From a virus (Duplodnaviria > Caudoviricetes), in the IMG/VR virus record IMGVR_UViG_3300042453_002905, positions 1-59,692 of that record: a stretch of DNA of 59,692 nucleotides. One strand, given 5' to 3'. Under the pieces are notes generated by a model that was not told where the DNA came from, ran no database searches, and saw nothing but the letters and a program-made list of their open reading frames with translations. The position numbers were made by a program, and so were the translations under genes. This document shows positions 25,210-33,839 of this stretch, one piece after another. The first letter of the stretch is position 1. Each line of letters begins with the position of its first letter.

Positions 25210-26001
25210 TCAGCCAACCGGATGAGCCACGGTGCTCGGCGTGAAGTTTGCGGTGTACCGCGCGACGCCCTTTGTTATTCGGTAGTCGTCCAGGTGTCCT
25301 GAAAACGCATTCCCGCTAGGCTCGCCGCCGATCGTCACGGCAGCGGTTGAGCCAGTGCCAATAGTCGCGGACGATGTTGCCAGCGAAGTGCCGACACCAT
25401 CACGGTAGCCCGTGAACGAATTGCCGTTGCGAACGACGGCAATGTGATACCACGTATCTAGCGAAGCAGCGCCAAACGTCACGCCGTTAACGATGTCCCA
25501 TGAAGAAGTTGCGGTAGCCGCCCAAAACGTGAAGTTTCCTGCATTGACCGCCAGCGCCATGTGAGCTATGCCAGCCGTGCGCTTGACATAGATGAGGCGC
25601 AGGTTCGCCGTCGATGTCGTCGGCCTGACCCACGCCTCCAGCGTGAAGTTCCCGCTGCCAACGTCAAATACAGAGTTATTGGCGATCGACAAATAATCGC
25701 CAGAGCCATCGAACAGTCCCGATTGACCGAACTTCGCCTGAGCAGTGCTGATTTGGGCGTTACCGACCGCCGTCACGCTGAGTGCATTGCTGGAGGAATC
25801 GGTAAACGTCGTCGACCCATTGCTGCCGTCCATTTGCAGGAGCAGCGAGACATTGGACCATGACGGATCACCGTTGACCGGCCACTGGCCATCGCGCCGG
25901 CTGCGAAACTGCGACCGAGAATCCCACCAGCCGCTCGCCACTGATGTCGACGGCCCTGTAGGACGAGGCCCGAAATACCCGCCGTTCGATCGCCAACTCA
26001 T
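25210..26001 (-). CDS. LamG/concanavalin-like receptor-binding protein
   Basis: LLLQMDGSNGST.F.DSS, FT.EAW, WYHIAVVR and DDYRITKGVARY motifs. Confidence 0.88.
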   Translation of the reverse strand: MSWRSNGGYFGPRPTGPSTSVASGWWDSRSQFRSRRDGQWPVNGDPSWSNVSLLLQMDGSNGSTTFTDSSSNALSVTAVGNAQISTAQAKFGQSGLFDGSGDYLSIANNSVFDVGSGNFTLEAWVRPTTSTANLRLIYVKRTAGIAHMALAVNAGNFTFWAATATSSWDIVNGVTFGAASLDTWYHIAVVRNGNSFTGYRDGVGTSLATSSATIGTGSTAAVTIGGEPSGNAFSGHLDDYRITKGVARYTANFTPSTVAHPVG

Positions 26002-26477
26002 GTGACGTTACTCGGAGGGATCACCGGGCCAGCAGACAACGCGGCACGAGCCGCACCATACGCGAGCATGATCTGCTCAAACTCAGCGAACGTCATCTGA
26101 TGCGTGACGCCGGCCATGTCGGTGACGATCACCGGCTGCGTGACGCCTAGTTCAGCGGCGCGGCTCGCGAGGACATAGAGTCCGGTGAGCAGGGCCACGT
26201 CATCGGGTTGCCAGCCAAGCCGCCAGCCTAAGCCGGTGTCGAATCCCGCTTCATACGGCGTCGGCAGCGGAGCCGGGGGAGGCGGCGGAAACAATCGATC
26301 CAGATCGTCCTGCGTCAACGTCGAACGGCTCCAGCCGGTTGCCGCCAGCACGGCCTCGTCATTGCCCCACTGGCTCGGATCGGTGCGAGTCGACCCGTCA
26401 GGAAGCCGCACGCGGAACGGGAGATCGATGGCGGCAACGCCGCCCTGACGCCAACAGGGATCACCAATCGCAGCCAT
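25998..26477 (-). CDS. Tail fibre assembly-like protein
   Basis: Context; LPFRVRLPDGSTRT N-terminus and a DUF4376-like C-terminus. Confidence 0.55.
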   Translation of the reverse strand: MAAIGDPCWRQGGVAAIDLPFRVRLPDGSTRTDPSQWGNDEAVLAATGWSRSTLTQDDLDRLFPPPPPAPLPTPYEAGFDTGLGWRLGWQPDDVALLTGLYVLASRAAELGVTQPVIVTDMAGVTHQMTFAEFEQIMLAYGAARAALSAGPVIPPSNVT

Positions 26478-26849
26478 TTATCCAACCTCCTCATAAGAAA
26501 CAACAATGTGCAGATCGCCCCCGGCGGATGCCTGGGCGGTGATTCGACGGTCTTCCTCCAGCCAGAGGCTCATATCGCGCCCGAACGGAGCGAACGTGGA
26601 GTCGGCGGGAACGACAAGCGTGGACGCCAACGAGTACGCGGTGCCCGCCGTGTCGTCGTTGTAGATTTTCAGCGTTACGTCGCAGTTCGCTGTGCCGTCG
26701 ATGTTGCAGACTGAAAGAAACGTGACTTTCATCGCCTTACCAGAGGAGGCGGTGTTGGTCAGCACCGCCGTCTCGTTGGTGTCGGCGAGGGCGACGAATG
26801 CCGTTTTGCCGACGATCGGCTCGTCACTGTTTAAGTTTGGAGCAGCCAT
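26478..26849 (-). CDS. Virion adaptor, MAAPN paralog 3
   Basis: NIDG...DVT, VPADS and SYEE motifs shared with 28294 and 33472. Confidence 0.75.
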   Translation of the reverse strand: MAAPNLNSDEPIVGKTAFVALADTNETAVLTNTASSGKAMKVTFLSVCNIDGTANCDVTLKIYNDDTAGTAYSLASTLVVPADSTFAPFGRDMSLWLEEDRRITAQASAGGDLHIVVSYEEVG

Positions 26850-26856
26850 TGATTTG

Positions 26857-27072
26857 TCACCCGAATAGAAGTTTTGCGCCGTAGCCAGTAAGGCCCGGCG
26901 TGGAACTGCCGCCCTCACCGCTCACATACGGCAGAGAGTTGTACGCGGTCACGCCGTCGCCGACCTTGAGTTTGTTGGTGTCCGATTCCCAGACGATCTC
27001 GCCAGCCGCAGGCGTCGGATTGACGCTGGCGAGAGCGGATGCGGTGCCTCGTTTTTGCTGGACTCTTGGCAT
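26857..27072 (-). CDS. Mini fibre with Mtd/hyaluronidase-type N-terminal domain
   Basis: RGTA....NP..AAGE..E.DTNKLKVGDG.T..NSLPY; ends LLFG. Confidence 0.8.
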   Translation of the reverse strand: MPRVQQKRGTASALASVNPTPAAGEIVWESDTNKLKVGDGVTAYNSLPYVSGEGGSSTPGLTGYGAKLLFG

Positions 27073-27093
27073 TAGGTTTGTTGTGTAGCGAAC

Positions 27094-27222
27094 TCAGGGC
27101 GAGTAGGGGGCACAAAACCACGCCACGGACCAGCGGACGAGCCAGACGCCAAACGCACCGCTCACCATGCCGATAGGTATGGCGGCGATCAGCAGGCCGG
27201 CAGCGAAGGCGTCATTGTTCAT
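27094..27222 (-). CDS. 42-aa membrane peptide
   Basis: ATGA overlap with the upstream gene; one hydrophobic helix. Confidence 0.5.
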   Translation of the reverse strand: MNNDAFAAGLLIAAIPIGMVSGAFGVWLVRWSVAWFCAPYSP

Positions 27223-28268
27223 GCGTTAGGAAACGCTGCAGTGGGTGGAGTGAAGTTTGCGGTGTATCGCGACACGCCGGGGGTGAATCTAAATTCATCC
27301 ATCGCAGCATCCGCCGGGCCTGAATTGTTCACAGGGTCGCGCAATAGGAAAATAGATGTTTGCAAAAATGGCGCAGCGCCACCTAAATCGTTAGTCAAAG
27401 CTAGCTGTCCGTCTACGAAGGTCTTTATCTCATTGACCTGTCGAACCCAGGCAACGTGGTGCCATGTGCCAGCCGATAGTGGCTGTCCGCTTGCGTCTGC
27501 ACCAAGGCAAAGAACAACACCGGACGAGAGCAGTCGGAGCGTTGCTAACGCCCCTTGGCCGTCATCCCACAAGGCAAAAAGTCCATTCCCAACCGGCGAG
27601 CCACTGATGGTGTTAAATCGCACCCATGCCTCTATCGTCCAGTTGTATCCGACGTTAAACACGCTTCCTGAGCCGCCGCCGTCAGACATTCGCAGCCAGC
27701 CGCCAGATAAACCGCCGGCGCCGAACTTCGCTGCACTTGCGGCCGTCACAGCCCCTGCGCTGGTGGTGAAAGTTAATGAAGTGGACGCTGTATTCGTAAA
27801 CACCGTGCCGCCGTCTGCTCCGTCAAATCGCATCAGGGCGCGGACGGAACTCCAATTTGGGTCTGGCGGCGTTGAGCTTGGTGTCGCCGTCACGCTGCTG
27901 CTGAAATCACCTCGCGTGTGATTCACCGCTGCCACGCGAATGGTGTACTCGGTGCCGTTGGTCAGTCCCGTTAGTGTGTACGACGCAGCAGTGGAGCCGG
28001 TAGCGACAACAGTCGGCGAACCAGCGTTGGGCGTGTATTCAACAATGTAATCCGTAATCGTCCCGTGCGTGGTCGCCGGTGCAGTCCACGTCAGAGCCAC
28101 CTGCCCATCAGTGCCGGTGCCTGCGAGATTTGTGGGAGCAATCGGGCCGCGAGGCCACTGCGCCGCCGCCTTCAAGCCGGCAACGTCGCCGAGCGAGAAA
28201 ATCCCGCTGGTCGCCGTCGTTGTCCAAGTGGGCTTCGGTCCGATGATTCCGCCGGTTCGTCGGCTCAT
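27219..28268 (-). CDS. FN3 + LamG receptor-binding protein
   Basis: LTWTAP...TGLTNGTEY..RVAAVN (FN3); WTIEAW and WHHVA (LamG). Confidence 0.88.
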   Translation of the reverse strand: MSRRTGGIIGPKPTWTTTATSGIFSLGDVAGLKAAAQWPRGPIAPTNLAGTGTDGQVALTWTAPATTHGTITDYIVEYTPNAGSPTVVATGSTAASYTLTGLTNGTEYTIRVAAVNHTRGDFSSSVTATPSSTPPDPNWSSVRALMRFDGADGGTVFTNTASTSLTFTTSAGAVTAASAAKFGAGGLSGGWLRMSDGGGSGSVFNVGYNWTIEAWVRFNTISGSPVGNGLFALWDDGQGALATLRLLSSGVVLCLGADASGQPLSAGTWHHVAWVRQVNEIKTFVDGQLALTNDLGGAAPFLQTSIFLLRDPVNNSGPADAAMDEFRFTPGVSRYTANFTPPTAAFPNA

Positions 28269-28293
28269 GTGTCGCTACCGTTGTGAGGTGGGG

Positions 28294-28650
28294 TCAGGTG
28301 ATCTTTTCGTAGGAGATGACCGCTTCGAGGTCGCCCGCAGCCGAGGCGGTCGCGGTGAGCGAGTCGCCTTCCTTGAGATACAGGGGGCGTCCAGAAACGA
28401 CCTCGACGGTCGCATCGGCAGGGACGCTCACGGTGCTCGCGATGCTCCAGGCGTTCGTGCCGGTCGCCAGCTTCACCGTAACGTCAGCGGCAGATGAGCC
28501 GTCGATGTTCGCAACGTACATCGAGACGATTCGGATCGTCGCGCTCGACGCCGTGCCGTTCGACACGATTGTGGTCGCCGACGTGCCTACGGCTGTCGCC
28601 AGCGACAAGCCCTCCACGTTCGTCGGGTCGTTCAGGTTGGGGTGTGCCAT
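28294..28650 (-). CDS. Virion adaptor, MAHPN paralog 2
   Basis: ANIDGSSAADVT, VPADA and SYEKI motifs. Confidence 0.75.
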   Translation of the reverse strand: MAHPNLNDPTNVEGLSLATAVGTSATTIVSNGTASSATIRIVSMYVANIDGSSAADVTVKLATGTNAWSIASTVSVPADATVEVVSGRPLYLKEGDSLTATASAAGDLEAVISYEKIT

Positions 28651-28653
28651 TTA

Positions 28654-28899
28654 TCAATCGCTCCAGTGCCAGTTGCCGTCGAGTGCCTCAGCCCGCCATA
28701 GCGAGAGCGTCGATCCGCCGCCCGGAGACGAGTCGACAATCTCGCCGCAATCCAGATCGAGCAGGCTTGCGATCTGATCGGACGCATCGAGGTAATACAA
28801 GTCGCCGTCCGCACGGTTGATCGCCAACTCGCCCGCCACGAGCGACGACGGAACCGCACCCGGCGTCGAACTCCGCTTGATCTTGATTACGTTTGCCAT
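28654..28899 (-). CDS. Mini tail-fibre-like protein (MANVIKIKR)
   Basis: PSSL.AGELA.N..DG.LY motif. Confidence 0.75.
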   Translation of the reverse strand: MANVIKIKRSSTPGAVPSSLVAGELAINRADGDLYYLDASDQIASLLDLDCGEIVDSSPGGGSTLSLWRAEALDGNWHWSD

Positions 28900-28905
28900 G
28901 CGTCG

Positions 28906-29076
28906 TCATGCCACGATCTCGCCACAATCAATCGCCACGATGCTCACGATGTTGTTCGACTCGTCAAGGAAATACAGTTCGCCGTCTTGGCGGTTCAGGC
29001 CCAGTTCTCCAGCCGCGAGCGACGAAGGCTTGGCGCCAGAAACGTCGGAGGATTTCACGAGAACTGTGTTCGCCAT
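28906..29076 (-). CDS. 56-aa mini tail-fibre-like protein (MANTVLVKSS), paralog of 28654
   Basis: Not in the ORF track. PSSLAAGELGLNRQDGELY...DCGEIV; TGATG coupling. Confidence 0.75.
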   Translation of the reverse strand: MANTVLVKSSDVSGAKPSSLAAGELGLNRQDGELYFLDESNNIVSIVAIDCGEIVA

Positions 29077-30074
29077 CAGCTATACGTCCCGCCATCAATG
29101 GTCACGCCGGAGATCGTGCCGCCCGTGATCGCGACGTTGTTTGCTGCCTGTGTCGCAATGCTGCCTAAGCCCAAGTTCGTGCGGGCTGTCGAGGCTGTTG
29201 CCGTCAGTTCCGACAGGTTGTTTGCCGTCGTCAGCTTCCCGCCGAGGCTCGTCGAGATCGTCGTGGCGAAGTTGGCATCATCGCCAAGGGCCGCCGCCAA
29301 CTCGTTGAGCGTGTTGAGGGCAGCGGGGGCAGCGTCGACCAGAGAAGAGACGGCACTGTCGACATACGCCGTCGTCGCGATCTGCGTCGAGTTTGTTCCG
29401 GCGTTCGCCGTCGGGGCCGTCGGGGTGCCTGACAGAGCCGGCGACGCCAGCGGTGCGTAGGTGCTGGCAGCCGAGGTCTGCGTCAAGTAGGTACTGCTCG
29501 CCGACGACACCGTCAGGTAGGTTCCTGAAAGGTCTGGAATGTCGGCGGCCACGAGAGCACGGAACGTCGGCGAGCCGTTGGTCCCGTTTGGGGCAGCGAA
29601 GATGCGGTTCGCGGTCTGGCTGGCGAGCGTCGCCGCGAGCGTTCCGCTCGATGTGACGGGAGAACCAGAAACGCTGAAAATATCGGGCAGCGACAAGCCG
29701 ACGCTCGACACGCTGCCGACGCCGAGGGCCGCGATCTCACCCTGAACGTATGCCGTAGTCGCCACGCGAGTCGAGTTGTCGTCGGCGGCTGGCGTCGTGG
29801 CCGTCGCCGCGCCCAGCGAGGTCGTGCCAGAGAATGTCGCCGTGCCGGTAAATGTGTAGTTGCCGGCCGCTGTCTGCGTCAGAGAGTTCGACAGGCCAAG
29901 AAACGCGCCGACGCCACCGATGTCCACGATGCTAGTGGCGCTGCCACCGGCGCCACCGGTGCCTGTCCCGTACACGAGGATATTGCTACCCTCGATGTAG
30001 GCAAGCTCCGCATTTGCGAGGCTCGCAGGACGGTTGCTGGTTGTGGTGCGCTTGATGCGAATCGTGTTAGCCAT
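29076..30074 (-). CDS. Tail fibre protein
   Basis: APLASPALSGTPTAPT, IATTAYV and AP.ALNTLNELAAALG fibre motifs. Confidence 0.88.
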   Translation of the reverse strand: MANTIRIKRTTTSNRPASLANAELAYIEGSNILVYGTGTGGAGGSATSIVDIGGVGAFLGLSNSLTQTAAGNYTFTGTATFSGTTSLGAATATTPAADDNSTRVATTAYVQGEIAALGVGSVSSVGLSLPDIFSVSGSPVTSSGTLAATLASQTANRIFAAPNGTNGSPTFRALVAADIPDLSGTYLTVSSASSTYLTQTSAASTYAPLASPALSGTPTAPTANAGTNSTQIATTAYVDSAVSSLVDAAPAALNTLNELAAALGDDANFATTISTSLGGKLTTANNLSELTATASTARTNLGLGSIATQAANNVAITGGTISGVTIDGGTYS

Positions 30075-30086
30075 TTCCGCTCCCTG

Positions 30087-30368
30087 TTAAAAATTCCCGC
30101 CATCCGTGAGTTTCGTTTCGGCGTAGTTTCGCCACCTGCTCGACGAGTACCGCAGCACGTCGCCGTCAGCGAGGCCGCTGAATGCCACGTCCGTCGCACT
30201 GCCGATCGCCAGGCTGGCGGCACTGCCCGCCGGCCCCTGCGGTCCCGCCGGCCCGACGCCACCAGAGATCGTCGCACTGACTCTTGACGCGCCGACGCTG
30301 GCCGACACCGACGAGCCGGAGACTCGTGCCGTGATCGGGCTGCTATTCACGCTCGCGGTAATGCTCAT
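30087..30368 (-). CDS. Short fibre or linker protein with collagen-like triplets
   Basis: GPAGPQGPAG; ends DGGNF. Confidence 0.7.
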   Translation of the reverse strand: MSITASVNSSPITARVSGSSVSASVGASRVSATISGGVGPAGPQGPAGSAASLAIGSATDVAFSGLADGDVLRYSSSRWRNYAETKLTDGGNF

Positions 30369-30679
30369 CGCGTCACCTCGACGAATCCTTCGAGGGCGGT
30401 GCGCTTGGCTCCGTTGTCCCACTCCAGCCGCCAGCCGTAGGTGCCGGCGGCCAGGGCCGCCGTCTGGGCCTCCGAAAGGCCGACGTTGACCTGGCCCGCC
30501 GCTGCATCGACAAGCGTCGTCGTCACCGAGGCCACCGTGGCCCCCGTCACGAGGCTGACGATGTTCGACGAGACGGTAAAACCAGAGAGCGTCGTGTCGA
30601 AGTCGATCAACGAACTGAACTCGTCGCCGGCTCGAAACGCCAGACTGAGCGGGCCGGGGAGGTTCGAGACAGTGGGCAT
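30365..30679 (-). CDS. Fibre anchor (BppU-like), paralog of 37291
   Basis: LPG.LSL.F..GD...DFD and GLSEAQTA.L motifs. Confidence 0.7.
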   Translation of the reverse strand: MPTVSNLPGPLSLAFRAGDEFSSLIDFDTTLSGFTVSSNIVSLVTGATVASVTTTLVDAAAGQVNVGLSEAQTAALAAGTYGWRLEWDNGAKRTALEGFVEVTR

Positions 30680-30682
30680 GGC

Positions 30683-30928
30683 TTAGTTTTTGTCGTCGGT
30701 CGGGATCGGACTGCCGGCGGTGCGTGGCTGGAGGGCGTACAAGAGTCTGGTTTGTTCCTGAATCGCCTGGCTGATTTCTTTCTGCGTCTCGGTGATGCCC
30801 TTGAGCGTGTCTCGGTGACTCTCCAGCAACGGCAAAATCACGTCCTGGCGAAGAAAATAGCCAAGTGCAATCGCCACGAGCGTAGGGAATCCCCAACGCT
30901 CCAATATGTGCTTGGAAAAGTCGCTCAT
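30683..30928 (-). CDS. Holin-like membrane protein (start 30928 or 30937)
   Basis: One transmembrane helix followed by a coiled coil. Confidence 0.55.
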   Translation of the reverse strand: MSDFSKHILERWGFPTLVAIALGYFLRQDVILPLLESHRDTLKGITETQKEISQAIQEQTRLLYALQPRTAGSPIPTDDKN

Positions 30929-30932
30929 CTCA

Positions 30933-30944
30933 GCCATCCGTGGC
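30933..30944 (-). promoter_or_regulatory. CsrA-type hairpin GCCA-CGGA-TGGC
   Basis: Contains CACGGATG (CANGGAYG) immediately before the start. Confidence 0.55.
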
Positions 30945-30948
30945 CCTG

Positions 30949-31518
30949 CTAAACCTCTATTCTATCGTTCCGTAGCCTTTTAATGGCGGCATCGACCCTG
31001 CCTCGGAGGGCGTCCAGAGTGCCTGTGTTGTCGATTACTGTGTCAATCAGAAACTCAGGAATGCCCGCCTCGCTGGAGTGCTGGGCTGCGTCGTCGGCGA
31101 GGCACCGCTGTCGCCGCTCCACTCGCCATATCTGACCGCCTGCGGCCTTGATGACCTCGACCTCGTTGATGAATCGCACGTCCGTCAGGGCGACGCCGCC
31201 GGCCCCCCGGAGGTACTTCTGGCACGCCTCGACCTGCCGCATGGCGATCGTGATCCAGATGTCCTGGCTGATCGTGTCGCGCCCCCACTCAGTCCCGAGG
31301 GTCTGGAGAAGCTCGCGGGGAGATTTCCCGAGCCACTCGATCTTCTGCTCCTTCGTCGACCGCTCGCGGAGCCGAGGCACGGGGATGCCTGTGATCGACG
31401 AGACTGCCGCGTAGACGGGGTCGGCGAACCCGAACTGAATCCAGCCGTAGCGGGCCTGGAGATGGTCGGCGATCGTGTTCTTGCCGCAGCCAGCAGGGCC
31501 GCACAGTCCAATCAGCAT
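30949..31518 (-). CDS. Deoxynucleoside monophosphate kinase
   Basis: GPAGCGKNT, FADP, PRELLQTLGTEWGR, DVRF.NE and HSSE motifs. Confidence 0.92.
   Translation of the reverse strand: MLIGLCGPAGCGKNTIADHLQARYGWIQFGFADPVYAAVSSITGIPVPRLRERSTKEQKIEWLGKSPRELLQTLGTEWGRDTISQDIWITIAMRQVEACQKYLRGAGGVALTDVRFINEVEVIKAAGGQIWRVERRQRCLADDAAQHSSEAGIPEFLIDTVIDNTGTLDALRGRVDAAIKRLRNDRIEV
30959..30978 (-). promoter_or_regulatory. Late-type promoter AGGCTAC-N7-TAGAAT
   Basis: Conserved motif and spacing. Confidence 0.65.
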
Positions 31519-31739
31519 CAGTTTCCTCCGTCGATCTCGTAGGGTGGTGTGCGCCGCTCCAGCCACTCTGGAGCCGGCCTGGCGTTTTCCATGTACGCGA
31601 CGCGGCAGGTGAGCCGCTCAATCTGCTCTAGCGCCCTGCCGAGGGCCGCCGCAAGCGTGCCAGCGTCGCCTGTCCAGCAGTTCGCTGGGCCGTATTTGTT
31701 GACGAGCGTCCAGGCTCGTTGGATTTCGTCGTGGGTCAC
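31518..31739 (-). CDS. Hypothetical protein
   Basis: GTGA and TGATG coupling. Confidence 0.65.
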   Translation of the reverse strand: MTHDEIQRAWTLVNKYGPANCWTGDAGTLAAALGRALEQIERLTCRVAYMENARPAPEWLERRTPPYEIDGGN

Positions 31740-32902
31740 GGCTTCACTCCGGCGATGTGCATACTCACGAGGCCGCCTTCGGGGTCGTACAGAAACGACT
31801 CCATCGCCTGCCTCGATCCGATGAAGCCCATCTGAGAATGCCAGTCGTCTGGAGGACATATGGCAGGGGCTGTCCGCACGATCACGCCATCGAGCGTCTC
31901 GATCGGCCTCTGCCACTCCGCAGCCTGCGAGTGATAGTGGCCGGTGTGAATCTCGCGGTAGGGGCATTTGCTCCACGCATCTGCGGCCTCAAGGGCCATG
32001 ATCTGCGGAAGTTTCTTTTTTGCCCTGTGGCCGTGCGCAAAACCGATCAGGCACTTGCCGGATGTCAGGTACTTTCTGCCCGTGAAGCGACCATCGACGC
32101 TGACTCGCTTGTCGTTGCGGAACCGCTCTTGCATGATCCGTTGCAGCGACCACGTCAGAGCCTCGTCGTGATTTCCATTTACTATGAGCACGTCTGTCTG
32201 GCACGTTTCGGCCGAACGCTCGACGACGCCGATGATCGAGTCGCACCCTGTTTCGATCATCTTTTGCAGCCGGCCGTCGCGGTCAAGCGCAGTGCCGCTG
32301 GTCGTCGTGCCGTGCGGCGAGTCGTAGTGAAAAACGTCACCGAGGAGTGCGATCGTTCGCCTGGCAGGCTTGCCGCTGGCTGCCAGCAATTTCTGCGAAG
32401 CCTCGTTCACCCGCGTGGCGGCAATCTCCAGATCGTAGTCAGCGTCGCCCGTCGTCTTCTGCCACCCATACTTCCCAAAATGAGGGTCGGCGATGATGAG
32501 AACCTGCCAGAGGCCGCTCTTCTGCGGATGCTTCTTCGCCGCTGGACGACGCATCTGCTTCGTGGCCGAAGAGATCATCGCCTCGACTACCTTGATGACA
32601 GTCGGCCCAGCCTTTGGCTTCAGCCTGACGAAGACACGGTGAAGCTCGGTGACAGTCGGCTCGCCGTTGGCGTCGGCTGTCGCCACCTCCCATTTGGTGG
32701 CTTCACTGGCTGCTACATCGAAGCGCTCTAAGTCAGCCTCTATGTGAGCCAGCAAGTCTTCGACGGTCTTGATGCGTCGAGACGTGGATCGCGCCTCAAG
32801 CACGTCTCCATCGCGTTTTTGCGTAATCTGCTCGGCGTCTCGTGGCGGCGAAGGCGCAGGCATTTTTGCGGCGACGCTCTGCGCTATCGTCGTGTCAGCC
32901 AC
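31736..32902 (-). CDS. Calcineurin-like metallophosphoesterase
   Basis: DPH, GD, GNHD, HGH and GHYH motifs. Confidence 0.9.
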   Translation of the reverse strand: MADTTIAQSVAAKMPAPSPPRDAEQITQKRDGDVLEARSTSRRIKTVEDLLAHIEADLERFDVAASEATKWEVATADANGEPTVTELHRVFVRLKPKAGPTVIKVVEAMISSATKQMRRPAAKKHPQKSGLWQVLIIADPHFGKYGWQKTTGDADYDLEIAATRVNEASQKLLAASGKPARRTIALLGDVFHYDSPHGTTTSGTALDRDGRLQKMIETGCDSIIGVVERSAETCQTDVLIVNGNHDEALTWSLQRIMQERFRNDKRVSVDGRFTGRKYLTSGKCLIGFAHGHRAKKKLPQIMALEAADAWSKCPYREIHTGHYHSQAAEWQRPIETLDGVIVRTAPAICPPDDWHSQMGFIGSRQAMESFLYDPEGGLVSMHIAGVKP

Positions 32903-33126
32903 GCGATGACTCCTTGAATGCCTGCCGTCTCCCAGCCACGGTCGCGGGCCGCCTCCATGATTGCCTTGCAGTAGGCCCGCTTTTGATGAATCGCCGGATT
33001 GAACTGACGCTTCGCTTCCTCAAGTTCTCGCTGCACTTCATCCGGCAGGCGATCGAACCACGTCTTGAATCCCGGCTTGCTGCGCCCGGTGCGAGAGATC
33101 ACTTCATCAGCGAATGTCGCCATCAT
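32884..33126 (-). CDS. Hypothetical protein
   Basis: GGAGGA RBS; ATGA overlap. Confidence 0.65.
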   Translation of the reverse strand: MMATFADEVISRTGRSKPGFKTWFDRLPDEVQRELEEAKRQFNPAIHQKRAYCKAIMEAARDRGWETAGIQGVIAWLTRR

Positions 33127-33416
33127 TCCTCCGTGATTCTGTAACCGAGCGCCCAAAGAATTCGTGCGATGTCGGCCCCCGCCATCGTGACGGATTCCTC
33201 GCTCATCTGAGGAAACGCGCAGTGGATCGCCTCGTGGACTTCCGTTTCAAGGCGGGTGCGACCTTTGAGCTTCTGGTCGATCAGTACCTTGCGAGTCCCT
33301 TGGTCTGGCTTGCTGGGGTCGGGGAGATACGCCCACCCAGCGGCGCGACCGCGGAGGCGGGTGTACCTCCAGAGCCACTTAATCCCGGCGATCTTGAAGT
33401 GGTGGTCGCTCGCCAT
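33123..33416 (-). CDS. Minimal zincin-like HEXXH protein
   Basis: TEVHEAIH...EE. Confidence 0.7.
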   Translation of the reverse strand: MASDHHFKIAGIKWLWRYTRLRGRAAGWAYLPDPSKPDQGTRKVLIDQKLKGRTRLETEVHEAIHCAFPQMSEESVTMAGADIARILWALGYRITEE

Positions 33417-33422
33417 GGCTAC

Positions 33423-33442
33423 ATAGTATCGGCCGGTAGCCT
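33423..33442 (-). promoter_or_regulatory. Late-type promoter AGGCTAC-N7-TACTAT, probably leaderless
   Basis: Conserved motif; 6 nt from the -10 box to the ATG. Confidence 0.65.
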
Positions 33443-33471
33443 GTTGAGGTCAAGAGAAAATGCCTGTAAAA

Positions 33472-33828
33472 CTAGGCAATTTCTTCGTAGGAGCCGACGA
33501 TATGGAGAACGCCGGTTGCGGAGGCCGTCACTTGCAACGCCTGCCCCTCCTCAAGGTACACGGGGCTGTTACGGTCGACGATGATGAGCGAGGCGTCGGC
33601 CGGCACCGAAACCGTCGAGCAGATCGCGTGGGTCGTCCCGGCGACGTCGATCCTGGCCGACACGTCGGCGGCATTGCTGCCGTGAATGTTGGCGGCATAG
33701 AGCGTGCTGATTTTCAAAGCGCGATCGGTCGCGCAGGTCACGAGCGTGACGGCAGACGTGCCGACCGTCGAGCGGAGGCTTTTGAGCGTAATCGTAGTCG
33801 ATGATGAGTTGACGTTTGGGGCTGCCAT
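33472..33828 (-). CDS. Virion adaptor, MAAPN paralog 1
   Basis: ANIHGSNAADVS, VPADAS and SYEEI motifs; AAGGAG RBS. Confidence 0.75.
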   Translation of the reverse strand: MAAPNVNSSSTTITLKSLRSTVGTSAVTLVTCATDRALKISTLYAANIHGSNAADVSARIDVAGTTHAICSTVSVPADASLIIVDRNSPVYLEEGQALQVTASATGVLHIVGSYEEIA

Positions 33829-33839
33829 ATTTTTGCTCC

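Noticed and set aside
25210-28268. Diversity-generating retroelement targeting the lectin genes
   Set aside because: No reverse transcriptase and no adenine-specific template/variable repeat pair; the similarity is ordinary paralogy.
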